A model generated the notes under the pieces. The model did no database searches and was not told where the DNA came from. It saw nothing but the letters and a program-made list of their open reading frames with translations. A stretch of DNA of 60,459 bases, filler included. It is 3 parts of 3 records of this genome, joined end to end, with 100 filler letters (N's around TTAATTAATTAA, not from the genome) between each part and the next. Parts side by side here need not be neighbours in the genome. Positions count along the whole stretch, not along the records: positions 1 to 12,364 come from DRR723986_10056; 2 more parts are not named here. One strand, written 5' to 3'. Position 1 is the first letter of the stretch; every line of letters begins with the position of its first letter. Of this stretch, positions 1-11,354 are shown piece after piece. Both the position numbers and the translations under genes were made by a program.

Positions 1-436
1 GTTTCCGGAAATTGTCGATTTCTATCTGCCGCCGGAGGGCTGCTCCTATCGCATGGCGGTGGTCACGATTAAAAAGCAATATCCGGGACACGCCAAGCGC
101 GTGATGTTTGGTGTTTGGTCGTTCCTGCGCCAGTTTATGTACACTAAGTTTGTCATCGTCTGCGACGACGATGTCAACGCCCGCGACTGGAACGATGTGA
201 TTTGGGCGATCACCACCCGCATGGATCCACAGCGCGATACGGTGATGGTTGAGCATACACCGATCGACTATCTGGACTTCGCCTCGCCGGTCTCTGGCCT
301 CGGCTCGAAAATGGGCATGGACGCCACGAATAAATGGCAGGGCGAAACTGACAGGGAGTGGGGTCGACCGATTGTTAAAGACCCCGACGTGGTGAAGAAA
401 GTCGACGATATTTGGTCGGAGCTGGGCCTGGAATGA
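1..436 (+). CDS. ubiD: 4-hydroxy-3-polyprenylbenzoate decarboxylase UbiD, C-terminal part (5' truncated)
   Basis: Frame open from base 2: [55 protein letters not shown], typical of the UbiD C-terminus. Confidence 0.95.
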   Translation, partial: FPEIVDFYLPPEGCSYRMAVVTIKKQYPGHAKRVMFGVWSFLRQFMYTKFVIVCDDDVNARDWNDVIWAITTRMDPQRDTVMVEHTPIDYLDFASPVSGLGSKMGMDATNKWQGETDREWGRPIVKDPDVVKKVDDIWSELGLE

Positions 437-1584
437 GTAGCGTCGGGGCGCAGCTGCCGCCTCTGTCGCTGTATATTCATATTCCCTGGTGTGTGCGGAA
501 GTGCCCCTACTGCGACTTTAACTCCCACGCCCAGCGCGGCGACCTGCCGGAGGCGGCATACATTGCCGCCATGCTCGAAGACCTCGACCAAGACCTCGAC
601 TACATTCAGGGCCGTGAGTTGGCCTCTGTCTTTATCGGCGGCGGTACGCCCAGCCTGTTCTCGGCCAGCGCGTATGCGCAACTCTTTGAGGGCCTGCGCC
701 AGCGCCTGAGGTTTTCCCGCGATATTGAAATTACCCTTGAAGCGAACCCCGGCACGCTCGAGCAAGGTCGCTTTGCCGCCTACCGCGAGCTGGGTATCAA
801 CCGCCTCTCAATTGGGGTGCAAAGTTTTGATGCCCAGCAGCTGGAAAAGCTCGGCCGCATTCACAGCGCCGGCGACGCCTTGGCGGCCATTGCCAGCGCG
901 CGCGACGCGGGTTACGACAACTTCAATATTGATCTGATGCACGGGCTAAGTGGCCAGACTGAAGCCGATGCACTCAATGATCTGCGCATCGCGATCGACA
1001 GCGGCGCGCCACATATCAGCTGGTATCAGCTCACCATCGAGGCGAATACAGAATTCTACAAGCGCCCGCCCGAGCTACCCCAGGAGAGTGCATTAATGGC
1101 CATGCAGCGAGCGGGCTTTGCACTGCTGTCAGCCGCTGGCCTGACGCGCTATGAAGTGTCGGCCTTCGCCCGCGACGGTCGCCGCGCTCGCCACAATCTA
1201 AACTACTGGCGCTTTGGCGACTATTTGGCGCTGGGCGCTGGTGCTCACGGCAAAGTGACTTTGGCTAGCGGCGTGCTACGCTACCAAAAAACCCGCAAGC
1301 CAGAGGACTATTTGAGCCGCTCTCCGTCGCGAACCAGTCAATCGCAAGGCGTTATCGATACGGACTTGCCCTTTGAATTTATGATGAATGCACTGCGCCT
1401 GCGCGGGGGTGTTGAGAGCGCGCTTTACTCACAGCGAACCGGCCTGCCTCTTGCGACTATTGCGCCGACCCTCGAGCGCCTGCAGGCTCGCGGCCTGTTA
1501 ATTGACGATCCTCAGCGTATCGCCTGTAGCGAGCGCGGCTTCGCCTTTATCGATAGCATCCTCAGTGAATTCCTTGAGGGCTAG
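433..1584 (+). CDS. hemW: Radical SAM heme chaperone HemW (HemN-like)
   Basis: [20 protein letters not shown] (CxxxCxxC), [21 protein letters not shown] at 433 overlaps the ubiD stop (ATGA). Confidence 0.92.
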   Translation: MSSVGAQLPPLSLYIHIPWCVRKCPYCDFNSHAQRGDLPEAAYIAAMLEDLDQDLDYIQGRELASVFIGGGTPSLFSASAYAQLFEGLRQRLRFSRDIEITLEANPGTLEQGRFAAYRELGINRLSIGVQSFDAQQLEKLGRIHSAGDALAAIASARDAGYDNFNIDLMHGLSGQTEADALNDLRIAIDSGAPHISWYQLTIEANTEFYKRPPELPQESALMAMQRAGFALLSAAGLTRYEVSAFARDGRRARHNLNYWRFGDYLALGAGAHGKVTLASGVLRYQKTRKPEDYLSRSPSRTSQSQGVIDTDLPFEFMMNALRLRGGVESALYSQRTGLPLATIAPTLERLQARGLLIDDPQRIACSERGFAFIDSILSEFLEG

Positions 1585-1794
1585 TCGGTCATCTACACAG
1601 TCAATTTTCGTCGGAAATCGCCTTTCCCGGTAAATAGGAAACCATGACGGCTTGGTGCGATGTCGCTGAGTGTTCGCTGGGGGCGAGTGCCGGTTTTTGC
1701 TGACAGCGGGCGACGGCTGATGCAATATTAGCGTCGAGTGTTTTGTTTATGGGGTGTCAACACTCCGCGACTACGCCCTTTCAGAAGGAGACTT

Positions 1795-2973
1795 ATGGCG
1801 AATACCAACGGTTCATTTATCGTTAATTTCTTTAAACAAGAGTCCTCCGGCGGATTGCTACTCATGTTTTCTGCCTTGTTGGCGATCATCTTTGCCAACA
1901 CAGCCCTCTCCCCCTATTACGAATTACTCCTTACCACACCCGTAGAAGTCCGCGTCGGCGCGCTGGAAATAGCCAAACCGCTGTTATTGTGGATTAACGA
2001 CGGCCTGATGGCTGTGTTCTTTTTCCTGGTGGGTTTGGAGTTAAAGCGCGAACTTGTTGAGGGCGAGTTGTCTGACCCCCGCAATATTATATTGCCGGGT
2101 ATCGGGGCCGTCGGTGGTATGGCGGTACCGGCGCTGTTTTATACCTATTTTAATGCTGGAAACCCTGTTGCCATGCAGGGCTGGGCGATCCCCGCCGCAA
2201 CAGACATTGCTTTCGCGCTGGGCGTCTTAAGCCTGCTGGGCTCACGGGTGCCGGTGAGCTTAAAGATCTTTCTAACCTCGCTGGCAATTTTTGATGATAT
2301 CGGGGCGATTGTTATCATCGCGGTGTTTTATACCGCCAATATTTCCATTGCGGCGCTGGTGATTGCCGCTAGCTGTATTCCCGCATTAATTGTTCTCAAT
2401 CGCCGCGGCGTGAGTGCCAACAGTCCATACATACTGCTTGGTACCATTATGTGGGTGGCTTTGTTGAAGTCGGGGGTGCACGCCACCCTGGCCGGGGTAG
2501 TGATGGCGATGTTCATTCCCCTGCGCAGTAACGACCCGGATAATCCATCACCATTAAAAAGTCTGGAGCACGACCTGCACTCGGTGGTGGCGTTTTTTGT
2601 GCTACCGGTGTTCGCCTTTGCCAATGCCGGTATCAATCTAAGCGGTGTGGGCGTTGAGCAATTGATGCACGGCGTGCCAATGGGTATTGCCGCAGGCTTA
2701 TTCCTGGGTAAGCAGATAGGCATATTTGGATTGTGCTACCTGGCCATAAAACTGCGTTTGGCCGAGATGCCCTCAGGTATGAATACCATGAGCTTGTACG
2801 GTACCGCAGCACTGTGTGGTATCGGCTTTACCATGAGTTTATTTATCGGGTCGCTCGCCTTCGAGGAGACCGGGGTAAACCAACTGTTTGACGAACGCTT
2901 GGGGATTATTGTCGGCTCGTTGATGTCCGGTGTGTTGGGTTATTTCCTACTGCGCCGTGCGCTACCTAAATAG
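1795..2973 (+). CDS. nhaA: Na+/H+ antiporter NhaA
   Basis: [48 protein letters not shown] motifs; AAGGAG precedes ATG at 1795. Confidence 0.96.
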   Translation: MANTNGSFIVNFFKQESSGGLLLMFSALLAIIFANTALSPYYELLLTTPVEVRVGALEIAKPLLLWINDGLMAVFFFLVGLELKRELVEGELSDPRNIILPGIGAVGGMAVPALFYTYFNAGNPVAMQGWAIPAATDIAFALGVLSLLGSRVPVSLKIFLTSLAIFDDIGAIVIIAVFYTANISIAALVIAASCIPALIVLNRRGVSANSPYILLGTIMWVALLKSGVHATLAGVVMAMFIPLRSNDPDNPSPLKSLEHDLHSVVAFFVLPVFAFANAGINLSGVGVEQLMHGVPMGIAAGLFLGKQIGIFGLCYLAIKLRLAEMPSGMNTMSLYGTAALCGIGFTMSLFIGSLAFEETGVNQLFDERLGIIVGSLMSGVLGYFLLRRALPK

Positions 2974-3038
2974 TTTATTGTGAATAGTTATCGTGGCGTC
3001 GGGGCTTTCACCCCGCCCCATCGTTTAAGGAAAAAACC

Positions 3039-3524
3039 ATGAATTACTGCCCGCAGTGCGCCAGTCCTATGGGCGATGTTTTGGTGGACAACGAAATTCG
3101 CAGTGGCTGCCCGGACAGGGGCTGCGGCTACGTCCATTTCAACAACCCGGTGCCCGTTGTGGCGATGATTGTCGAAGTGGAAGGCGGCGTGGTGCTGGCA
3201 CACAATGTGGCATGGCCCAAAGCCTTCTACTCAATTATTACGGGCTTTCTTGAGGCGGGCGAAGACCCTTTGGAGTGTGCTCGCCGCGAAACCATGGAAG
3301 AGCTTAATCTACACGCCCTGGAAACTGATTTAGTGGGGGTTTACCCCTTCGCTCAGCAAAACCAGGTGATCATCGCCTACCATGTGAAAGCGGCCGGAGA
3401 AATTCGCCTGAATCACGAGTTGGACGACTATAAAATCATCCCTGTTGAACAGCTCAAAGGGTGGGATATGGGGACTGGTCTGGCGATCAATGACTGGCTG
3501 GCGCAGCAGCGTCGCGACGCTTGA
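3039..3524 (+). CDS. NUDIX hydrolase with N-terminal zinc ribbon (NudC-like)
   Basis: CPQC..CPDRGC zinc ribbon; Nudix box GFLEAGEDPLECARRETMEEL. Confidence 0.85.
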   Translation: MNYCPQCASPMGDVLVDNEIRSGCPDRGCGYVHFNNPVPVVAMIVEVEGGVVLAHNVAWPKAFYSIITGFLEAGEDPLECARRETMEELNLHALETDLVGVYPFAQQNQVIIAYHVKAAGEIRLNHELDDYKIIPVEQLKGWDMGTGLAINDWLAQQRRDA

Positions 3525-4613
3525 TTATTCCTCCTCGCTGGCAGTGCCGCGATCTTTCTCCGCTTCATTTTTTGCCAGCAGGCGAGCGGCTTCGAGCTCT
3601 TCCGTAAGTGCGCCGAGCTCGGCTTTCACCGCTTCCCGGGCCTCGCCTTCCAGGGGCTCTTCTTCGTTTTTCAACTGGGTTTTCAGTGCGTTAATTTTAT
3701 TTTCCAGTGCGGTAACGGCACTGCTCAATTCGGCTTTATTAAATAAAACCTCTTCGGCGTGACCATCGTTGTGAGTCTCTCGGTAATAGCGGCGCTTAAC
3801 CGGAATAATAGGCTCGTCGGCATTGAGTACGCGCTGGTTCATAAAGTTTGGCGAGACGATTTCGATACCGGCATCATGAAGTGCGTCGAGCATGCGTCCG
3901 CGTAGTTTGGAGCGCGTGCTAACCAGCAGAGAGGCTTCTTTCAGCCATCCACTGGCGCGGTAGAGCACCGAGAAATCGCCCAGTTCGCGAATTTGTACAA
4001 AGCCGTTTTCCAGCTCGGCTTTATTGAGGGCGCTTAAAAGCGCGGCCTCAATATCGCGGCGGTCAACGTCGTAACCCAGCGATACGTCCGCCGACACCAC
4101 GGTGCCAGAGGAGCGCACCACATTGTAGGGCTCCTGCACCAGCAACAGGTTGGGTACGGTGACCAACTCGCTGGTCTCGTTTTGGATTTCCACATGCAAT
4201 AAGCCGAGTTGGCTCACCCGCCCCAATTCATTGCGAAACTCTATGTAGTCGCCCGCTTTGAAGCTGTTGACGGTGCGCAGCATAAAACCCGCCATCAGGT
4301 TGCCCATAACCGAGGTTGACGACAGCGCGATTGCCGCAGAGGCGAGCAGACCGACCAGCGAAAACAGCTGTCCGCGTAATTCGTTGTCCATGGGTAAGGT
4401 GGCTATCAGCGCAACCAGGCCGAGCAGCCGAAACACCAGGCGCATGCCCTGCTCGCGGTAGCGGATGTCGGCGCCGTGCTCTTTCTGAACGCTGAAGAGC
4501 TTTCGGGTAATCAGCCAGCCAATGACGATCAGCAGCAGGGCAACAAGCGCTGGCACCCAGAGCCCAAGCCAGGTAGGTAAAATGCCCTGTGCTGCGTCTA
4601 TCGCCTGTTCCAT
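3525..4613 (-). CDS. MscS-family mechanosensitive channel protein
   Basis: Three N-terminal TM segments, GNLMAGFML..FKAGDYI..GRV..VTVPN pattern, C-terminal coiled coil. Confidence 0.85.
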   Translation of the reverse strand: MEQAIDAAQGILPTWLGLWVPALVALLLIVIGWLITRKLFSVQKEHGADIRYREQGMRLVFRLLGLVALIATLPMDNELRGQLFSLVGLLASAAIALSSTSVMGNLMAGFMLRTVNSFKAGDYIEFRNELGRVSQLGLLHVEIQNETSELVTVPNLLLVQEPYNVVRSSGTVVSADVSLGYDVDRRDIEAALLSALNKAELENGFVQIRELGDFSVLYRASGWLKEASLLVSTRSKLRGRMLDALHDAGIEIVSPNFMNQRVLNADEPIIPVKRRYYRETHNDGHAEEVLFNKAELSSAVTALENKINALKTQLKNEEEPLEGEAREAVKAELGALTEELEAARLLAKNEAEKDRGTASEEE

Positions 4614-4774
4614 ACGTTTTTGCCTTACCTTCGCCGAGTTTCCGAGCTTTGATGGTGCTCAGTGTAGTCTGCTCGCTGTGTCGCGGATAGTCCTGTGCAG
4701 GCATAGGGTGAGGGCCCGGCGCTGTGTTAAACTGGCTGGCTCAAATGGAGAGTCGATTTAACAAAGAGGTCAGC

Positions 4775-6616
4775 ATGCCTGCATACCGTTCCAAAACCTC
4801 CACCGCCGGCCGCAATATGGCAGGTGCCCGAGCGCTGTGGCGCGCCACGGGTATGAAAGATGATGACTTTAATAAACCCATCATCGCTGTTGCCAACTCC
4901 TTTACCCAGTTTGTGCCGGGTCATGTCCACCTCAAGGACATGGGGCAATTGGTTGCCCGCGAAATTGAGAAAGCGGGTGGTGTGGCAAAAGAGTTCAATA
5001 CTATCGCCGTAGATGACGGTATTGCCATGGGCCACGACGGCATGCTGTATAGCCTGCCAAGCCGGGACATCATCGCCGACTCCGTTGAGTACATGGTCAA
5101 CGCTCACTGCGCCGATGCCATTGTCTGTATTTCCAACTGCGACAAGATTACTCCGGGAATGTTGATGGCAGCGATGCGTCTGAATATTCCGGTTATCTTT
5201 GTCTCTGGCGGCCCGATGGAGGCCGGAAAAACCAAGCTGTCGGAAAACAAACTGGATCTGGTTGATGCCATGGTGATCGCCGTGGATGAAAATGCGGACG
5301 ATGAGACCGTGGCGGAATATGAGCGCTCAGCTTGCCCAACTTGTGGCAGCTGTTCCGGGATGTTTACCGCGAACTCGATGAACTGCTTGACCGAAGCGCT
5401 GGGTCTGTCGCTGCCGGGTAACGGCTCGTTGCTGGCCACTCACGCCGACCGCGAGAAACTGTTTCTGGAAGCCGGCCGCCGAATTGTTGAGCTTGCCAAG
5501 CGCTACTACGAAGAAGACGACGACAGCGTACTGCCGCGCAATATTGCCAGTCGTGAGGCGTTCAATAATGCGATGGCACTCGATATTGCCATGGGCGGCT
5601 CAACGAACACGATTCTCCACCTGCTTGCCGCCGCTCAGGAAGCGGAGCTGGACTTTGGCATGAAGGACATCGACGAATTATCTCGCCGCGTGCCTCAGCT
5701 CTGTAAGGTTGCACCGAATACACCGCTCTACCATATGGAAGACGTGCACCGCGCTGGCGGTGTTATGGGTATTCTCGGTGAGTTGGCGCGCGCTGACCTG
5801 CTCAACACCGGCCTGCCTACCGTGCATGCCAGCAGTGTGGCCTCGGCCCTGCAAACCTGGGACATCATGGTGACCGACAACGACGCGGTGAAAACCTTTT
5901 ACAAGGCTGGCCCCGCAGGGATTCCGACGCAAACCGCCTTTAGCCAGGACACGCGCTGGTCGTCACTGGATGCCGACCGTGAAAATGGCTGCATTCGCTC
6001 GCTGGAGCACGCTTTCTCGGAAGAAGGTGGTTTGGCGGTGCTGCATGGCAACATCGCCGAGGACGGCTGTGTTGTAAAAACCTCGGGCGTGGATGAAAGC
6101 ATCCTGGTCTTTGAAGGCCCCGCACATATCTGCGAGAGCCAAGAAGATGCGGTTGATGACATCCTCAATGACCGTGTAAAAGCCGGTGACGTGGTGATTG
6201 TGCGCTATGAAGGCCCCAAAGGTGGCCCGGGTATGCAAGAGATGTTGTATCCCACCAGCTACATCAAGTCGAAAGGCTTGGGCAAGGCCTGTGCGCTGCT
6301 GACCGATGGCCGTTTCTCGGGCGGTACATCTGGCTTGTCGATCGGCCACGCCTCACCAGAGGCCGCAGCGGGCGGCGCCATTGGTTTGGTAGAGCAGGGC
6401 GATATCATTCGCATTGATATTCCCGCGCGCACCATTAATGTGCTGCTCGATGATGCTGAATTGGCTAAGCGCCGCAAGGCGATGGATGCCAAAGGCAGCG
6501 AGGCCTGGAAGCCACTAAAAGAGCGTCCGCGCAAGGTTTCTGCAGCGCTCAAAGCCTATGCCAAAATGGCAACCAGTGCAGATAAAGGCGCTGTAAGGGA
6601 CATCAGTCAGCTGTAA
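4775..6616 (+). CDS. ilvD: Dihydroxy-acid dehydratase
   Basis: [73 protein letters not shown] before ATG 4775. Confidence 0.98.
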   Translation: MPAYRSKTSTAGRNMAGARALWRATGMKDDDFNKPIIAVANSFTQFVPGHVHLKDMGQLVAREIEKAGGVAKEFNTIAVDDGIAMGHDGMLYSLPSRDIIADSVEYMVNAHCADAIVCISNCDKITPGMLMAAMRLNIPVIFVSGGPMEAGKTKLSENKLDLVDAMVIAVDENADDETVAEYERSACPTCGSCSGMFTANSMNCLTEALGLSLPGNGSLLATHADREKLFLEAGRRIVELAKRYYEEDDDSVLPRNIASREAFNNAMALDIAMGGSTNTILHLLAAAQEAELDFGMKDIDELSRRVPQLCKVAPNTPLYHMEDVHRAGGVMGILGELARADLLNTGLPTVHASSVASALQTWDIMVTDNDAVKTFYKAGPAGIPTQTAFSQDTRWSSLDADRENGCIRSLEHAFSEEGGLAVLHGNIAEDGCVVKTSGVDESILVFEGPAHICESQEDAVDDILNDRVKAGDVVIVRYEGPKGGPGMQEMLYPTSYIKSKGLGKACALLTDGRFSGGTSGLSIGHASPEAAAGGAIGLVEQGDIIRIDIPARTINVLLDDAELAKRRKAMDAKGSEAWKPLKERPRKVSAALKAYAKMATSADKGAVRDISQL

Positions 6617-6698
6617 TGCACGCTGCGCCGCTGGAGCACACAGGGCTTCGGCGGCGCGCTAGCTTGCATGGCCAGCGGTGACACCAAGGAATGAGTGT

Positions 6699-7331
6699 AT
6701 GGCGCAAGATTGGCGCCGGCTGGGATATATCGCCGGTATTGTAATTCCTCTTTGGCTGCTAGTTGGGGTGATGCTCGCCGCATCGTTCTACCCTGGCTAT
6801 AGCCATCGCCACCAGGCGCTGAGTGAATTGGGCGCGACTGGGGCGCCGACCGATGTGCTGTCACCACTGATCAATAATTTCCCGTTGGGCGGGCTGTTTC
6901 TACTGTTCGCCTATGCGGTTTTCAAAACCTTCCCTCACTCCTGGTTGGCAAAGTTTAGCGCCGTGCTCATAGGCGTACATGGCGTGGCCAGTATCGGAGC
7001 TGGCCTGTTTTCCTGCGACATGGGTTGTAACCCGCCGTCTCCTTCTGTTGAGCAGCAGCTGCACAATCTTTTTGGGGCGGTGATGTTTTTGAGTTTACTG
7101 ATAGCGAGCGCACTGTGGGGTAGCCTCAGCTGGCGCGTGCTGCAGTGTCGCTGGCTGGCGGTGCTATCAGCCGCTTGCTGCGCATTGGCAATTCTGACCT
7201 TGTGGCCCATGGCTGCAGCCATCGAGTCAGGGGAAAACTTTGGCGTATACCAGCGCCTTAACTACGGCGTGTCGGTACTTTGGTTGAGCGCGCTGGCGGG
7301 TCAGCTTTATTGGCTGCAGGGCCGTCGATAA
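6699..7331 (+). CDS. DUF998-like membrane protein
   Basis: YPGYSHRHQALSELGA motif, multiple TM helices, HNLFG, GVYQR; start at ATG 6699 after AAGGA. Confidence 0.75.
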   Translation: MAQDWRRLGYIAGIVIPLWLLVGVMLAASFYPGYSHRHQALSELGATGAPTDVLSPLINNFPLGGLFLLFAYAVFKTFPHSWLAKFSAVLIGVHGVASIGAGLFSCDMGCNPPSPSVEQQLHNLFGAVMFLSLLIASALWGSLSWRVLQCRWLAVLSAACCALAILTLWPMAAAIESGENFGVYQRLNYGVSVLWLSALAGQLYWLQGRR

Positions 7332-7365
7332 GGTCGGCGATGAACACTTAAAGGGATCATAGATT

Positions 7366-7923
7366 ATGGAAGAATCCTCGTCGCTAGAGCAGGAGTCAGC
7401 GGCCAATCAAGGTGCAGAATTCCCCGGTTACTTTGCGGTATCAACGACAAAGTTCATTGTCATGTCGGCGTGCACGCTGGGGCTGTATGAGGTGTTTTGG
7501 TTTTATAAAAACTGGCAGCGCGTGAAAGGAAAAACCGGCGCACAGATGATGCCATTTTGGCGAGCCGTGTTCGCGCCGCTGTGGGCCTATGTATTGTTTG
7601 ATCATTTGCGCGACCAGCTTAAAGAACTGCACATAGCAAGCACGCTTGTCGCCGGCGCGTGGGCGCTACTCTATCTTGCCTTTCAGGTGCTGTCGCAATT
7701 TGAAGCGCCAGTGGGCCTGTTGGCGATACTGTCTTTTAGTGCCCTGCTGCCGGCAAATGCCGCGATGAGCCGGATCAACGCTGTTCAGCAGCCCCCTGTG
7801 GAGCTGAATGACAAAATACAGGGTTGGAATTGGCTGGCAGTGGCGCTCGGTGGCGTGTTTTATTTGATGTTGGCGCTGGCGTTGCTCGGGCCGGGTGACA
7901 TGGCGCCGGCCCAGCGAATTTAA
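7366..7923 (+). CDS. Hypothetical membrane protein
   Basis: TLGLYEVFWFYKNW motif, about 4 TM segments, fits between co-oriented genes. Confidence 0.7.
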   Translation: MEESSSLEQESAANQGAEFPGYFAVSTTKFIVMSACTLGLYEVFWFYKNWQRVKGKTGAQMMPFWRAVFAPLWAYVLFDHLRDQLKELHIASTLVAGAWALLYLAFQVLSQFEAPVGLLAILSFSALLPANAAMSRINAVQQPPVELNDKIQGWNWLAVALGGVFYLMLALALLGPGDMAPAQRI

Positions 7924-7957
7924 CAGGGCAGAGTGCCGAGTTAGGGAGAATAATTAT

Positions 7958-8707
7958 ATGCAAAGACATAAGGGCAGTGTTGCGCTGGTTACCGGCGCGG
8001 CGTCGGGTATCGGGCGCGCTACAGCGATTCGGCTGGCGCAAGAGGGCGCAAGCGTTATGCTCTGCGATGTGAATATGAGCGGTCTAGAGGAAACGCTCAG
8101 CCTGATGCCGCCCTCTGCCAGAGTGCAGTGCCAGGAGCTGGACGTGACCAACATCGACAGCTGCCAGCAAGCAGTCGCCCAGTGCATGATCGATTTCGGG
8201 CGGCTGGATGTGCTGTGCAATATTGCCGGCATATCGCTGTGTCGCAACCTTGCTGACATTACCGCAGAGGAATGGCAGCGGATCGTTGCGATCAATCTAA
8301 ACGGGGTGTTTTACATGTGCCAGGCAGCAATGCCCCACTTGGTGGAGACCCGGGGGAACATCGTTAATATGGCGTCGACGGCGGGCCTGGACGGCTTGGC
8401 CTACAACGCGGGCTACTGCGCAACCAAAGGCGCGGTAGTGATGTTAAGCAAGTCGCTGGCAATGGAGTTCTCGGGCAAGGGCGTACGCGTGAATGCCGTC
8501 TGTCCCGGCGCGGTGGAAACGCCGCTGAGTGCGAAATTTGAAATGCCGGAAGGGGCCGACCCCGCGCTTATGGGGCGCATGTTCCCCCTGTTGGAAATGA
8601 GTCAGCCCGAGGAAATTGCCGCCGCCGTGGCCTATCTGGCATCGCAGGAGGCGCGCTTTGTTACCGGTGTCGCGTTCGCCATTGATGGCGGCCAGACAGC
8701 CGGCTAA
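7958..8707 (+). CDS. Short-chain dehydrogenase/reductase (SDR)
   Basis: TGAASGIG, NIAG, YCATK (YxxxK), RVNAVCPG; GGGAG RBS before ATG 7958. Confidence 0.93.
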   Translation: MQRHKGSVALVTGAASGIGRATAIRLAQEGASVMLCDVNMSGLEETLSLMPPSARVQCQELDVTNIDSCQQAVAQCMIDFGRLDVLCNIAGISLCRNLADITAEEWQRIVAINLNGVFYMCQAAMPHLVETRGNIVNMASTAGLDGLAYNAGYCATKGAVVMLSKSLAMEFSGKGVRVNAVCPGAVETPLSAKFEMPEGADPALMGRMFPLLEMSQPEEIAAAVAYLASQEARFVTGVAFAIDGGQTAG

Positions 8708-8783
8708 TGTACAGATATTGAAAATAGTGCAATACTGAAAGTCGCTAAGCATCGCATCAATAACTATAAAAGCGAGATCGACT

Positions 8784-11063
8784 ATGCACAAAGCCTTGTC
8801 TGGCGCACTCACGGCGAGTGCGCTAATGGTTACCCCCCTGCCCGGCGCTGCCGAATCTGAGCCCGCCAAGCAACTCAAGCTGGAAGAAGTGATCGTGACC
8901 GCGCAGAAGCGCGCGGAGTCTTTGTCGGATGTGCCGGTTTCAGTAACCGCACTGGACGGTGACAAGCTTAAAAAAGCCGGCATTGAAAACCTGAGCGACC
9001 TTTCCGATTACACGCCGAATTTTAAATTGGTGGAAGGCGGCTTAATTCCCAATGTGTATATGCGCGGCGTGGGCTCCGGTTCAAACCAGGGCTTTGAGCT
9101 GTCGGTGGGCATATTCTCGGATGGCGTGCACTTGGGGCGCCCCCACCAAACTCGTGGCGCCTTCATGGATTTAGAGCGAGTGGAGGTGCTGCGCGGCCCG
9201 CAGTCTATCCTGTTCGGCAAAAATGCGATTGCCGGTGCACTGAGTTTGATTGCCGCCAAGCCCGGCGACGAGCTGGAGGCGAACTTTAGCGCGCTGCGTG
9301 GTGGCCCGGATGGCCAGCGGGAAATCTCTGCAATGTTGTCGATGCCGCTCAGCGATACCTTTGGCATTCGTGCGGCGGTGAGAACGCGAGACGAAGATGG
9401 TTATATGACCAATGAAAATCCCGCTGTCGATCGCGATGAACCGGGCGTCGAGGAATTCTCAGGCCGTATCACCTTTGGTTGGCTGCCCAGCGATGACATC
9501 ACGACCAGCCTGAAGCTTGAAAAAACCAATCGCAAGCAGGATGGTCGTCAGTTTGAAATTACGCACGAGAGCGCACTGACAGGTTGTAGCGGTGAAAATG
9601 TCACCTTGGACGGCATTAAAAATACCGACGCCGAAGAGTACGCCGAAATCGATAATTACAATGCCACACTCAACGTTGATATCGATTTTGAGAAGGGAAC
9701 GTTTAGCTCGGTAACCGCGGCGACCGGCTTCGAATCAGAAGACTTGTTTGACGGCGATTCCAGCAGTTTTGATACCGTGCCGCTGTTGGGTATTGAAGAG
9801 TACGACCAACGCAGCCAGGAGTTCCGTTTTACCTCTCCAGGTGGAGAGTTTATCGACTACATTGTCGGCGCCTTCTATCAGGAGGGCGAGATGACCTTCT
9901 ACGAGTCTACGCCCTTGAAGGTGCGCAATGGCGCACTGGCAGATGCGGGCCGCAATCCGGTGGGCTGCCTGATCAATACACAGACCAACGTGGCTGCGGA
10001 CCTTGAGAAAGACTTCTACATGGACAGCGAGGCGTGGTCGACCTTTGCTCAGGTAACCTTCAACTGGACGGACTCTTTGAGAACGACGCTGGGCCTGCGT
10101 TACGTGAACGAGAAAAAAACCGGCTTCCGTGAATTATTCCTCTATCAGTCGGGGACGAAAAATCCCGTTGATCCGGTGACTGCGACCGTACTGGGTGCGC
10201 TGAACATTGAGGAGCATGAGATCGAGGGTGACCGCGAGGTGGGTGTCACCCTGCCGTCGATCAATGTTCAGTGGGATCTCAATGAAGACATTATGACCTA
10301 CGCCACCGTTACCCGCGGGGCGAAGTCAGGCAGTTTTGACGCGCGCAACAACAATGCCAAAGATGGGCCGGGCGGTGGTGGCGAGAACTTTGAATTTGAA
10401 GACGAAGTGGCCGATGCCATAGAAGTAGGCAGTAAAATGCAGCTGGCTGATGGCGCGGCGGAACTGAATATTGCCGTGTATCACGTTGAGTACGAAGACA
10501 TGCAGGTCAGTGTCTTTGATGGCGTAGCCGGTTTTGTGGTGTCCAATGCAGGTAGTGCATTGACGAAAGGTGTAGAGCTGGATGGGCGCTGGCTAATGAG
10601 TGAATGGTTTATGCTCAGCGGCTCGCTTGCCTACTTGGATTTTGAGTGGCTCGAATACAAAGAGGGGCCTTGTGTGGCCACTGCCGACGAGGATATATGC
10701 GACCTCAGCGGCAAAGAAAATCAACAGACGCCGGAGTGGACGGCCACGCTATCGGGTACGGTGAGTATTCCCATGCCAGCCGATTTAATGCTCGACTTCA
10801 CCGCTGACGCCTCATTTAAAGATACCCATTTTACCTCGGGTGACCTCGACCCTCGCGGCATTCAGGGAGCCTACACCAAGTTCAATGCGCGCTTGGCGCT
10901 CGGCGACAGCAATGGCGACTGGTCCCTGGCCTTGGTGGGTAAGAATATTACCGACGAGCTGACGATTGGTATTGGCTCGCCCACGGTGTTGGATGTTGGC
11001 GGGTATCGCGGCACCCTGGAGCCACGCCGATCTTATTATCTAGAGGGCCGCGTGCAGTTCTAG
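8784..11063 (+). CDS. TonB-dependent receptor
   Basis: Signal peptide, LEEVIVTAQKR TonB-box region, ERVEVLRGPQSILFGKNAIAG plug motif, C-terminal Phe. Confidence 0.95.
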   Translation: MHKALSGALTASALMVTPLPGAAESEPAKQLKLEEVIVTAQKRAESLSDVPVSVTALDGDKLKKAGIENLSDLSDYTPNFKLVEGGLIPNVYMRGVGSGSNQGFELSVGIFSDGVHLGRPHQTRGAFMDLERVEVLRGPQSILFGKNAIAGALSLIAAKPGDELEANFSALRGGPDGQREISAMLSMPLSDTFGIRAAVRTRDEDGYMTNENPAVDRDEPGVEEFSGRITFGWLPSDDITTSLKLEKTNRKQDGRQFEITHESALTGCSGENVTLDGIKNTDAEEYAEIDNYNATLNVDIDFEKGTFSSVTAATGFESEDLFDGDSSSFDTVPLLGIEEYDQRSQEFRFTSPGGEFIDYIVGAFYQEGEMTFYESTPLKVRNGALADAGRNPVGCLINTQTNVAADLEKDFYMDSEAWSTFAQVTFNWTDSLRTTLGLRYVNEKKTGFRELFLYQSGTKNPVDPVTATVLGALNIEEHEIEGDREVGVTLPSINVQWDLNEDIMTYATVTRGAKSGSFDARNNNAKDGPGGGGENFEFEDEVADAIEVGSKMQLADGAAELNIAVYHVEYEDMQVSVFDGVAGFVVSNAGSALTKGVELDGRWLMSEWFMLSGSLAYLDFEWLEYKEGPCVATADEDICDLSGKENQQTPEWTATLSGTVSIPMPADLMLDFTADASFKDTHFTSGDLDPRGIQGAYTKFNARLALGDSNGDWSLALVGKNITDELTIGIGSPTVLDVGGYRGTLEPRRSYYLEGRVQF

Positions 11064-11110
11064 GGGCTGTTAACGCCCCCATACCGCAGAGATTTGCGCT
11101 TCCTCCATTT

Positions 11111-11148
11111 GCGCCGGTGCCTTACCGAGGTTCACGGCGCTTTTTTTT
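11111..11148 (+). terminator. Probable intrinsic terminator after the TonB receptor gene
   Basis: GCGCCG..GGCGC interrupted stem followed by T8. Confidence 0.6.
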
Positions 11149-11195
11149 CTGTGCTACCTTAAGTTACTCAACAGCTTGTTTATCAGGGATTTTTT

Positions 11196-11354
11196 ATGGA
11201 TATCATCCGCATCATCTTTGCCATTTTGCTGCCGCCCCTCGGTGTATTCCTGCAGGTGGGCATTGGCAAACACTTCTGGATTAACATCATCCTTACGCTG
11301 TTCGGCTACCTTCCCGGCATTATCCACGCGGTTTATATCATTGCCAAAAAATGA
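11196..11354 (+). CDS. yqaE: YqaE/Pmp3-family small membrane protein (52 aa; absent from the ORF track)
   Basis: Hand translation MDIIRIIFAILLPPLGVFLQVGIGKHFWINIILTLFGYLPGIIHAVYIIAKK; the LPPLGV and GYLPGIIHA motifs are typical of Pmp3; stop overlaps the next ATG. Confidence 0.92.
   Translation: MDIIRIIFAILLPPLGVFLQVGIGKHFWINIILTLFGYLPGIIHAVYIIAKK

Noticed and set aside
1585-1794. Possible nhaA-I/II or Na+ riboswitch upstream of nhaA
   Set aside because: Only a small hairpin (GGGGTG-TCAA-CACTCC) is visible and I could not match a riboswitch consensus by eye; an Infernal/Rfam scan would settle it
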